Source of the DNA: Trypanosoma brucei
Taxonomy: Eukaryota
Length of the DNA stretch: 64,000 nt
Assembly: GCA_000002445.1 (NCBI GenBank)
Contig: CP000070.1
Span: 1,664,001-1,728,000, forward strand
Direction: 5' to 3'
Shown here: piece after piece, positions 44,584 to 54,062 of the stretch
Position numbering within the stretch: the stretch's first letter is position 1
Layout: each line of letters begins with the position of its first letter
The notes under the pieces: model-generated
What the model was told of the DNA's origin: nothing
Databases searched by the model: none
Seen by the model: only the letters and a program-made list of their open reading frames with translations
Position numbers and translations under genes: made by a program

Positions 44584-46233
44584 CTACATGAGTTCTTGGA
44601 TATATATATTCCCAAAAGTATCACCGAACGCCACTGTGCTGCACCTACCACGTGTTAAGGCATACACGGGCGCCTTGCAGAACGTACTAGCGTATTCCTC
44701 ACCGGTTCGTACATCAATCAAGTACACGAATCGGTTCGCACAAGCAGCCACAACGTAGTGAGTGAAGGCTCCTGGGGCAGAACAACATAACGTCCACCCC
44801 AGTCTCCGTACCTTTGGAATACCACCACATTTCCTCACAAACTCAGCTACCGACAGCCGCATTGTGCAAACACCATCTTTGGGGTTCCACATACACAAGA
44901 AGGCCTCATCATTGCTAAATATGTGCTCACCATCTGTGGAATAACTGCAGGACAACACAACGCCCACATGCCCAGAGAGCACCGTGCGAGTGCCTCCCCT
45001 TTCCGCACCCCACACGCGTAGGGTTTTATCAGAAGATCCACTACAGATGCTCCCGCCGTCAGGACTGTAACAAACGGCTGCAATAATACCGCAATGTCGA
45101 GTATACGTGACAACCTGAGCACCCCGCATCACATCCCACACACGACACACACGGTCCTGACAACCCGCCACAATGCGTTTACTGTCTGGGCTAAAGCAAC
45201 AGCATATGACCACCTTTTCATGCTTAAATACCGTCAGTACCTTTGTGATGGCGGCGTCCCAAAGCGTAAGCGTTTTGTCTTTGCTGCCCGTTGCCAAGTA
45301 TTTGCCGTCACCGGAGAAGGCCATACACATGACCACATCACGGTGACCCGAAAAGGAACCCCTCTCCTCGTCAGCCATAAGATTCCGCAGCGTCGCATAT
45401 GTCTCCTCATTTGAACAACTCACTAAGGCCTTCTCATTAGGTGAAAGGGAAAGACACCTCACACGCGCCGAATGGCCAATTAATGTCCGGATGCGGAAGT
45501 CTCTTATGTTACGCGGTACACCGAGTTCTGCAAGTTTTAGTTTCGAAAATTCCTGCTGAGCAATCATCCGAGCCCGCAACACGGCAAAGGCATTGGGTCG
45601 AGTGGAACAAGTAAAGGAAACCCGAGCACCCTTGAGGGCCTCATCCTCCTCAGAGCTCCTACTCAGGATGGAGAGGCGTTGTTTGCCAACCTTCACCATA
45701 CCCTCATTTGCTCCCGTTTCCATTTCATCGACCCACACCTTGAAGTCCGCAAAGCAAAAGACGTTGTTTTTCCCTTTCCTGGGTCCCATGGATAGTCGAC
45801 GGCTTCCTGACCGACTTCGCCGCATCTCTTGCGGCTGCCGGTTCACTTCAGCCTTCCACTGCCTAGAGTTAACTTCATCCTTTGCCACAACGACATCATC
45901 GTAGACAAAGAGATTCTCATCGATGAGATCGGGTAGCTGCCGGCGCTGATGCTCCAGATCTTCTAGGGCAAATGAGGTTCTAGCTAACATCGAATGCACA
46001 TCAAGCAGCGAGCGGCCAGACGATCCTGCAGAACTGATGTCCGATAGCATATCCTCTTCATCAATTCTAGCGCCGCTACTACTCCTTCTTATACCGCTCG
46101 ATTTCCGACGCAATCGCCTCGCATTCAGAAAATTTTCGGATGACTGGTGTTGACTCACTGTGCTCGGCTGCCGCTGAACCCTCATAGCAAAACCAGGGTT
46201 CACCACATCAGGGACACTCGAACCGCAACCCAT
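44584..46233 (-). CDS. WD40-repeat protein (~549 aa) with an N-terminal MGCGSS myristoylation/palmitoylation consensus
   Basis: At least five WD repeats: GHSARVRCLSLSPNEK, GHRDVVMCMAFSGDGKYLATGSKDKTLTLWD, VWDVMRG, CSGSSDKTLRVWG, GHVGVVLSCSYSTDGEHIF. The track start is a GTG followed by 23 unlikely residues. The first ATG is at 46231-46233, giving MGCGSSVPDVV. Confidence 0.8.
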   Translation of the reverse strand: MGCGSSVPDVVNPGFAMRVQRQPSTVSQHQSSENFLNARRLRRKSSGIRRSSSGARIDEEDMLSDISSAGSSGRSLLDVHSMLARTSFALEDLEHQRRQLPDLIDENLFVYDDVVVAKDEVNSRQWKAEVNRQPQEMRRSRSGSRRLSMGPRKGKNNVFCFADFKVWVDEMETGANEGMVKVGKQRLSILSRSSEEDEALKGARVSFTCSTRPNAFAVLRARMIAQQEFSKLKLAELGVPRNIRDFRIRTLIGHSARVRCLSLSPNEKALVSCSNEETYATLRNLMADEERGSFSGHRDVVMCMAFSGDGKYLATGSKDKTLTLWDAAITKVLTVFKHEKVVICCCFSPDSKRIVAGCQDRVCRVWDVMRGAQVVTYTRHCGIIAAVCYSPDGGSICSGSSDKTLRVWGAERGGTRTVLSGHVGVVLSCSYSTDGEHIFSNDEAFLCMWNPKDGVCTMRLSVAEFVRKCGGIPKVRRLGWTLCCSAPGAFTHYVVAACANRFVYLIDVRTGEEYASTFCKAPVYALTRGRCSTVAFGDTFGNIYIQELM

Positions 46234-48057
46234 ACGTTTCGAAAGAACCGCCGGAAACGGATCACGGCTCTCTCTGGAGGAAGGTTTCAAACACAATGCC
46301 ACTCAACGTAAAATAAAGAAAAAAACAAAATAAGAAAAAAACGTGGAAACAGGGGGGAAAAAAGAAAACAAAGGTACCTTCTGTAATAGACTTTTGAATT
46401 GACTTTATTACCTTGCGCCTCCACAGCCTTGTGTAGCTTTCCGCCTCTTTGCTGGTGTATAAATGTTTATATATATATATATGATAACCAGTGAGGTCGG
46501 TGCTGTCACAGTCGGTGAATTCGCACCTTCAAGTAATGGCGATAATAATTACCCTTAATACAAATACTACCTTAACCACCTTCTTCCGGTCGCTCTTCTT
46601 TTGTTTTGTTTTGCTTATGTTTTGTCTCGTTGTTGTTGTTGTTATCTATCTGTCCCTTCAACGTTACACTGCTCAAGTTAAATATGGTTGGCCGCGCCAA
46701 CTTTTCCTTTCGCTGTTTGTACACTTCTGCTGAGAGAACTTTCTGCCTCACCGCCACCACGTTAGTAGCAGATGCGGTGATAAATAAAAACAAAATAACT
46801 ACACTATTTATTTATATTTATATATTTATATATATATTGATTTGTAATAACGAGTAATTCAACTGAAACAAATATTAAGGGCTAGTCCCCGCGCAAACTC
46901 GTGATATGTAAGGACTTCCCTCGCGTACACTAAATAAGGACCCTCAGCCTTCACACATAAAGAGAAAGATATTAATATTAAAAGTAAAAGACAAAGAGAA
47001 ACACCAATGGTGAGGGAGAAAAGAAGATAAACGTAAAGAGTGGAAATAATAATAGTAGAAGCAACAATAACAGCAATTTTTTTTCTTGAAATAAACAGAA
47101 ACAATGACAGAAACACCACGCTGCAACGAGGCGGGAGCTTTGTGTTGTCGCTGATATATAATCATACCTCGTTGGATCTGAAGATACGAAAATAAAAAAG
47201 AGGGGAAAAGAGGGGAAGGAACAAAGAGAGGCAAAAAAAGAAAAAAAACACGACGTGAGAACGAGCCGAAGAGATGAAACATAAAACAACAAAAAAAAGA
47301 GCAAACTGTCAAACATCTGAACACAAAAAGGAAATCACCTTGCCTCACCTGCAGGCGCGTAGCAAATTCGTGACCTGTTTCATATACATTCACATACGCA
47401 GATATATATATATATATATATATGTAGTTGCAAATGAACGTTTGCTCGTGTATTACTTCCTCTTCAGCGGTTCCACCATCGTAGTTGTGTATTTAATGAT
47501 ATATTTTTCTATAGCTTGCCGACGATGTTGAAAAGGATCGTGGCATCAAATACAAAAGAAAGGAAGAATTAATGAATGAAGGTGAAACAAAAACAAAAAA
47601 AGGATGGAAATGGAAATGAAAGAACAAAAAGGAGTTGAAAGCGAATACAGTGTATCATTTCCCTCCAGATGGAAGCAATAGAAAGAGAGGAAGATAAAGA
47701 GAGAGAGAGAGAGCAACAAAGAGAGGAAATTCAGTACATATGGAAAAAAAAAACAAGAAAACACATCACATCACAAAAACGTAATAGCGACGAGTACGTG
47801 GAAAGAGAGAGGGGGGGACAAAAAAAATAACAAAAAAGGGAGGGAAGTGATCTAGTGCTTTTTATGGGTCTTATAACGCAAAATAACAATGCGTAGATGT
47901 GGGTTTCATTAATATTTTTTTTCTATTTCTCTCTCTCCTCTCTTTTCAACACCTTCATTTCATTTCATCTCTTCTCTTCTCTTCCCTTCGCCCCTTCTCC
48001 CCGGCCTCATTTTCGAATCTAGCCCCGCCTGAAGCCTCATATACCCAAACAAGTGGC

Positions 48058-48082
48058 GGAAATAAATAAATAAAAATAAAGA
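48058..48082 (-). promoter_or_regulatory. AU-rich element-like UAUUUAUUUAUUU motif in the presumed PLK 3'UTR; similar motifs at 20005-20042, 42188-42205 and 52103-52134
   Basis: The + strand ggaaataaataaataaaaataaag gives mRNA-sense cuuuauuuuuauuuauuuauuucc, about 470 nt 3' of the PLK stop. UAUUUAUUUA-type U-rich instability elements are known from kinetoplastid 3'UTRs (established knowledge). UTR boundaries here are inferred. Confidence 0.25.
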
Positions 48083-48403
48083 AAGAAAGGGCCTCATATG
48101 GCTTGCATATCGACTTATACGGTGCAGCAGTGAAGTAAAATGCTTCACTCCCTCATCCTGTTTTTCTCTTTTGTTTTTATTTAATTTATTTTTTTTATTT
48201 TTTTTTTTTTTTTGAGATAAAGGGGAGGAATAACAAAGAAAAAGGGTGTCACATAATACTAGGGCCCACCTGTAAACACCAAAATAAACAAACAAAAACA
48301 CAACTTCTGTTCTCCTTCCCTGTAGAGAAAGAGACGTAAAACGTAGATAGAACGGTAACAAGAAGAAACGAGAGAATAATGTCCCTTCGGGTATTCATAT
48401 ATA

Positions 48404-48435
<32 letters not shown>

Positions 48436-48533
48436 CTCGTCCTTTTTTTTCTTTTGCCTACACAGTTCATCTGTCGAAACGCTATCACACGTTTTTCTCT
48501 TTTCTTTTTTTTTATTTTTCATTTCTTTTCCTT

Positions 48534-50840
48534 CTAAATATCACGGTTTTGTATGAGCTCGCTGAGGATGTCTTTGGTGTAACGAAGCCGTGCAGCAATT
48601 TCTCTAGAGCGTGTCGCAACAGACGATAGCGACATTGTCACGCGGTTGCCAGTTGGTTCTGTATATGTAACAACACGCGACTCCGAACTTAGAATAACTT
48701 CCGCCTTATCATGAAAACAAACCTGAATAGTTTTGTTGGATAGACGGAATATAATTGCTTGTGGTGTGATCAACCAGCGCTTGACATATACAATATCTTC
48801 AATCATGTGCGGTCCGCTAAGTGACGGAGTAACTTCGGACACATATGGTGAGCACCGTACAACCTCCACGTTGGTATGAGAATTACGCGTTCGTGAGAGG
48901 TATGATTTAAAGTATTTGATCAATGTCACCTTCTTGGTCAGGCTTTCAGGGAACATATCCATGTGAAACGCATGTTGTTGATCTCGCGCCTGCAGGACGT
49001 TGGCATTACCACGCGCAACAACTTCCTTCACTCGCATATAATACTCTACACGGTTTGTAATGGGCTCCCACACCATTTTAGTGGAGTCGTTGAAGTGCAC
49101 ACCGGTATGGCCGGTGCTCAACCGGTAACACAACCCGTATTTTTCGGAGAAATCCGCGAAACTCGTCACCCAAACAGTGGGAAGTGGCAACGATGGCGCC
49201 GGCTCGTCTTCGCATCTGGGCGTTAATGCAGGAACTGTAGATGTTGTGGGTGAGTTCGGCACTGGCAAGGGAGCCACTTGCGGTGACCGTTTGGTTTGTG
49301 TGCGGGTGGCAACCTCACGTGGGGAAATGTCGCCTATTTCCCGTAACGTCTGATGAAGTTGATCATGCACGGCGGTGAGTTCATTCTTCTCCTCTTCCTC
49401 TATAGCTGGGTGAGGTCTCAGCTGCACACGCGGAGTTGTTGCAGTGGTTTCCGCGGATTCATCAGCACCGCCCGGTGCGGCAACTTGCGTGAGGGGTCGA
49501 ATCGCATCTGCACGAGGTGACGGGATGCTCACCGCAGCACTGTTAATGTTGTTGTTGTTGTTGTTGTTGATGTTATTGTTATTGTTGTTGTTGTTGTTGT
49601 TGCAGTCACCGCCCAAAGCCCCATGAAACCTTGCGGAAGCTACCGCCGGGCAGCTGGGTTTTAGGTGGTATCGGTCCGTTTTGGGTAGATTTGTGCTGAT
49701 AGGTTGAAGCACTTCGCGGGACACACGCGGACTCGAAATGCAGCGAACAGCTTCAACTGATTTGGGCTGCGACTGCGGTTGACGGCGTTGCGGTGTTTGT
49801 TTCTGCAACGCCGCCTGAATGTCCCCTGATTTTTGGCGGCGAAGTGGAAGTGGTCCCTGCGCATGTCCTCGGGGGTCATCCGAATGCTGACGGCGGCGTG
49901 AACTGTAGAAGAGTGTGGTAGGTGCTGTCGTCGGTGGCGGCGGGAGGCGGAAAAATGGATGTGAACGAATTTCCAGCAACGTCGGCCGTTGGTCGGGGCG
50001 GCTCTGCAGAATACTGTGAATAAGTTCCTTCCCACTCTCTGGCACATCTACATGTGAAGGAAATTCATACCGGCATTGCCTAATACGACGGTAAGTGGCC
50101 TTCACATCTGATGTCTGAAACGGCGGCTCTCCAACCAACAGCGTGTAGAGGATCACACCGAGCGACCACACATCCACTTCGTAACTATGTCCCTCGCGCG
50201 AACCTTCAATGATCTCCGGTGCGATATAATTGGGCGTGCCACAAATAGTGCGTTTCCGCTCCCCGTCGTACTGCAACTCAGCAGCCAAACCGAAGTCCCC
50301 AATCTTCACGTTCATATTTGCATCCATCATTATGTTACCAAGTTTCAGGTCACGATGAATAACACATTGCTCATGCATATATTGAATGGCGGAAAGCGAC
50401 TGCAATGCAATGTATTGTGTCTCTGGCACACTGAAACGTTGCCGGCGCTTCAATATTTCCATCAGCGTCTGATTGCTGCACTTCTCCAACAGAATATAAA
50501 CATTCCAGTCGTCATGGAAGGTCCGTATGAAGTTAACAATGTGTTTGTGCTTCATGCGGCGGTGAATGGATATCTCAGAGTGGAGTTTCTGTAGTGTCTT
50601 AGTTTTCTGCAGTAGTGAGCGGTCCACAACCTTCAACGCATACGTATCGCCACCCTGCTCCACTTCATAACACTTTGCAAAGCCACCACGCCCGAGCATC
50701 CTTCCGCAACGGAAATATCCCACGAGACGGCCACTTTTATCAAACTCCTTAAGAGTTGAACCCTCACGAAAGTCCGGCCTGTCATTTGGAGGGCGCCGCG
50801 AACTCGACGGCGTTTCACACGTCTCAGCGGTTGCGTGCAT
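48534..50840 (-). CDS. PLK: Polo-like kinase, 768 aa: N-terminal Ser/Thr kinase domain, C-terminal polo-box domain, poly-Asn tract in the linker
   Basis: ATG verified at 50838-50840. The kinase has GRGGFAKCYEV, ALKVV, HRDLKLGN, DFGLA, GTPNYIAPE and DVWSLGVILY. The C-terminal half (WVTSFADFSEKYGLCYRLSTGHTGVHFNDSTKM... and ...ITPQAIIFRLSNKTIQVCFHD...) has polo-box character. The 768-aa length equals the published TbPLK length; this is recalled knowledge. Confidence 0.92.
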   Translation of the reverse strand: MHATAETCETPSSSRRPPNDRPDFREGSTLKEFDKSGRLVGYFRCGRMLGRGGFAKCYEVEQGGDTYALKVVDRSLLQKTKTLQKLHSEISIHRRMKHKHIVNFIRTFHDDWNVYILLEKCSNQTLMEILKRRQRFSVPETQYIALQSLSAIQYMHEQCVIHRDLKLGNIMMDANMNVKIGDFGLAAELQYDGERKRTICGTPNYIAPEIIEGSREGHSYEVDVWSLGVILYTLLVGEPPFQTSDVKATYRRIRQCRYEFPSHVDVPESGKELIHSILQSRPDQRPTLLEIRSHPFFRLPPPPTTAPTTLFYSSRRRQHSDDPRGHAQGPLPLRRQKSGDIQAALQKQTPQRRQPQSQPKSVEAVRCISSPRVSREVLQPISTNLPKTDRYHLKPSCPAVASARFHGALGGDCNNNNNNNNNNINNNNNNNINSAAVSIPSPRADAIRPLTQVAAPGGADESAETTATTPRVQLRPHPAIEEEEKNELTAVHDQLHQTLREIGDISPREVATRTQTKRSPQVAPLPVPNSPTTSTVPALTPRCEDEPAPSLPLPTVWVTSFADFSEKYGLCYRLSTGHTGVHFNDSTKMVWEPITNRVEYYMRVKEVVARGNANVLQARDQQHAFHMDMFPESLTKKVTLIKYFKSYLSRTRNSHTNVEVVRCSPYVSEVTPSLSGPHMIEDIVYVKRWLITPQAIIFRLSNKTIQVCFHDKAEVILSSESRVVTYTEPTGNRVTMSLSSVATRSREIAARLRYTKDILSELIQNRDI
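49541..49602 (-). repeat. (AAC/AAT)n trinucleotide repeat inside the PLK CDS, encoding NNNNNNNNNNINNNNNNNIN
   Basis: The + strand reads tgttaatgttgttgttgttgttgttgatgttattgttattgttgttgttgttgttgttgc. The reading frame is maintained. Confidence 0.85.
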
Positions 50841-51039
50841 TCTTTTTTTTTTTTCCCCCCCCCTCCGTTATAATCAAACCAACGCAATACAACACACGCT
50901 GACGGCAGTGCTTCAAATGTGCACAAAAGGGTAATATATGAGCGTATATAATTAGATTTATATATTTATATACACGTAGTTATATAATGAAAATATATTT
51001 TTTTTTGTTTGTTTCTGCCCAACGACGCAATGTGAGCAG

Positions 51040-51080
51040 CAGGTAGTAAAACAACAGAAAACAAAATAAAGAACTAAAGG
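51040..51080 (-). promoter_or_regulatory. Candidate polypyrimidine tract (on the minus strand) for trans-splicing of the PLK mRNA
   Basis: The + strand aacaacagaaaacaaaataaagaactaaagggagcgg reads on the minus strand as ccgctccctttagttctttattttgttttctgttgtt. It is 200-240 nt upstream of the PLK ATG. Kinetoplastid SL-acceptor sites lie downstream of such tracts. No AG acceptor was mapped. Confidence 0.3.
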
Positions 51081-54062
51081 GAGCGGTGTGGTGGTTGAAT
51101 CTAGTGCTATTAGTGGAGGGTAAGAAAGTTTGTTGTTGTTGTTGCTGTTTTTCTTCTTTTATTTTTTTTTCTTTTCTGAAGGGCAGAAAATAACAAAACA
51201 AAAGAAATTTAAAGCAAACGACCAAACTGATGTATTGGCGTTTGCGTGATTACCTAATCAACTAATATTTTGCTTCTACGTGACTGACAAATTCAATCCT
51301 CAGTAGCGGTGTCAGCTGTGGGTCGCCCTTTCGTTTCCTTTTTCTTTTTTCCTTCTCTTTTCTGATTTATTTGATTTTCTATATCTGTATTTTAAAAAAT
51401 GTTTCCTCCTCTATTTTTTTTTCTTTTAATTCTGTTGATTCTTTTTTTTTAATTTCGTATTCCTTTTAATCCACGTCTTACCGTCCGCTCAGATGTGGAA
51501 ATGCTTTCTAATTTGTGAAATATATATATATATATATATATATACGTTACGTTTATAAATGTGTAAATGTATGTTTACTCTTTCTAATCTGTTCTATAAA
51601 TATATTATTAAAAAACGCAATGTTCCTGTCGGTGCTTCAATTTATTATAAACTTTTTATTTTTATTTTGTATTTTTGTGAGTCAATTTTATAAACCCAAT
51701 CTCAAGACAAACAAAAAAAAACAATAGAAGCAATAAAACACTTTTTATTGCTTCTATTAGTTGAAAAATAAAAACTATTCTGATTTTCTTATTTTTTTTT
51801 GTATATTTTCTGCTTTTTTTTTTTATTTTCCTTTTCCTCAGTTATTTTTTTTTTTACTGCTTTTGTTCGTCAGGAAGTTAAAAGGGAAAAAAAGTAAATT
51901 TAATAAAACAGGAAAAAATATATGAAAACAAATGAAGATGGTTTAGTGGATCTAGTGCAATGTAACAAAAAAAAACAAAAAAAGAAAGAAACTAAATGGT
52001 TCTATAGCTACTTTATATCTTTTACTTATTTTTTTTATTTCTTTTTGTTATTTTTTTTTACTATTTTTGGAACTTCAAATCCGAAGTGTTGTTGTGATGT
52101 CAATAATAAATAAATAAATAAATAATAATAATAAAGAAGAAGAAAAAGAAGAAAGGAAGGATTTGTCATACAATGATAATAACAAAATAAGGTAAAGAGC
52201 AGACATTAATCAATACAAGAGAGAAAGAAAGAGATAGAGATAGAGAAAGAGGAAGGCAGAAAAAACATGAGGCGGCTCGATGAAATAGAGGGGAGTGAGA
52301 AAATAAACAAATAAATAAATTTATTTTTATTTTTTATAAAGGGGAGAGAGACTTTTTTAAAAAAAAAAATTGGTTCGGAAGGAATATGCATGACAGTAAA
52401 TGGCAACAACAATAATAATAATTATTATTATTATTATTATTATTTCAAAACACCACAGGCGATCTGCCTGTATATTCCCATTCAAATAAACGCCTACACA
52501 TATCTCATGTCATTACCAATAAAATATATACAAAAGGAAAATGACACGGCAACGGCAGTTAATAATAATAATAATAATAACAAACGAAGAAGAGGGGAGG
52601 GGCATTTTTTTTTTCAAAAAAAAAGGTTTTATCTCTTTTCTTTTTCTTTTTTCCTTCTTTTCAAAAAAAAAAAAAACCGCTGCCAGTCAACGCGTAACAG
52701 TACCGGGCTCTGCCGTGAGATGAAGAAGAGGAAAAAAAAAAAAGAAAAAAAAGTGGTATCATCAAAATGTCACGTGCAGAAACTTTTAACAACATGAAAT
52801 TCAGTTGATGACCTCCAGCGCCCTTTTGTATGTTTTGTTTCAACCTTTTCCCTTTTCCACTTTCTACTCATCCTTCCGTTTTCTTTTTTTATATGTATTT
52901 TATTTTATTTTATATATTTCAGTAGTCTTTATTTATTTTTTCCCCAGATCCCACTCCCCACGGGAATAATCATTGCCCATAAATAAATAAATATATGTGA
53001 ATAAAAAAAAGGAAAAAGAAATCTTCTGGGAGACTTACATGACTATGATAAATCCGCCCAACGAAATAAACTCTCATTCTTTTCTCTTTTTTTTTCTGTG
53101 CTTTCGCAGCATATCATACGAGAAATAAAATGTTTTTTTTTTTTTAAAAGAAAGAAAGAAACGTGCACTCGAAAGGACTAAACAAATGCCTCAGGTAATA
53201 GTCGAAAGGGGGGAAAAAAAGTCAATGAGAGTTTATTTCGTTGTTTTCTTCTTTCTTTTGTTTTTGTTGTTGGTGTTATTGTTGTTGTTTTTTTTTCTTT
53301 TTTTTTTCCTCCCCGCCTTTTCGATCTAACGAATCATCACACGCAATATAATTATAATGTAATGTAATGTAATGTAATAATAATAATAATATAACACGAT
53401 TCGGATTCGGGTATAGACCCTGAGTGAAGCAAACCGAAAGCAACAGCAAAAGCGTGAAAATATGAAAGGAAAATACTTTTTCACTGTAAAACTTAAAAAA
53501 AAAACACAACACAACAAAAACAAAAACAAAAACAAAACACGACTGTACGAAAAGTACGCTACTGAATCATAAAGACAACTCGAAGGGATGAAACGTAACA
53601 TATCAAAGCACAAAACGCTAATGAAAGACAGAAGGGGGGAAACAAAACAAAAAAAAAAAAACAAAGAGCCCACAACGGCACAGTACGCTCGCACACACTG
53701 CAGAGGAGGAAAAAAAAGAAAAAGAAAAAAAGAGCCATGTAACTGCCTTCAACATTGTCAACGCATTTTCTTTTTCGGATATGTGTTATTTGGTCAATAC
53801 CCCGCAACAAAGGATTAATGGGGAAAGAACAATACAAAGAGAAGAAGGAAAGAGTAAAAAAAAAAAAGAAAATGAGCACGAAAAGAAATAAAAAAAGAAG
53901 CAATCGCACGGTTAGCTGAGAGAATTCGCCAAGTTGATTAACAAATGTCTTCGACCCTCTAACACGCCGCGGTCGTATTTACTTCCCTCATCCCTTTTCC
54001 CTTCCTCTTTTCAGACTCCACATAATTTGTCGCTACGGTTCATGAAGTAGTGCATATTTCCT

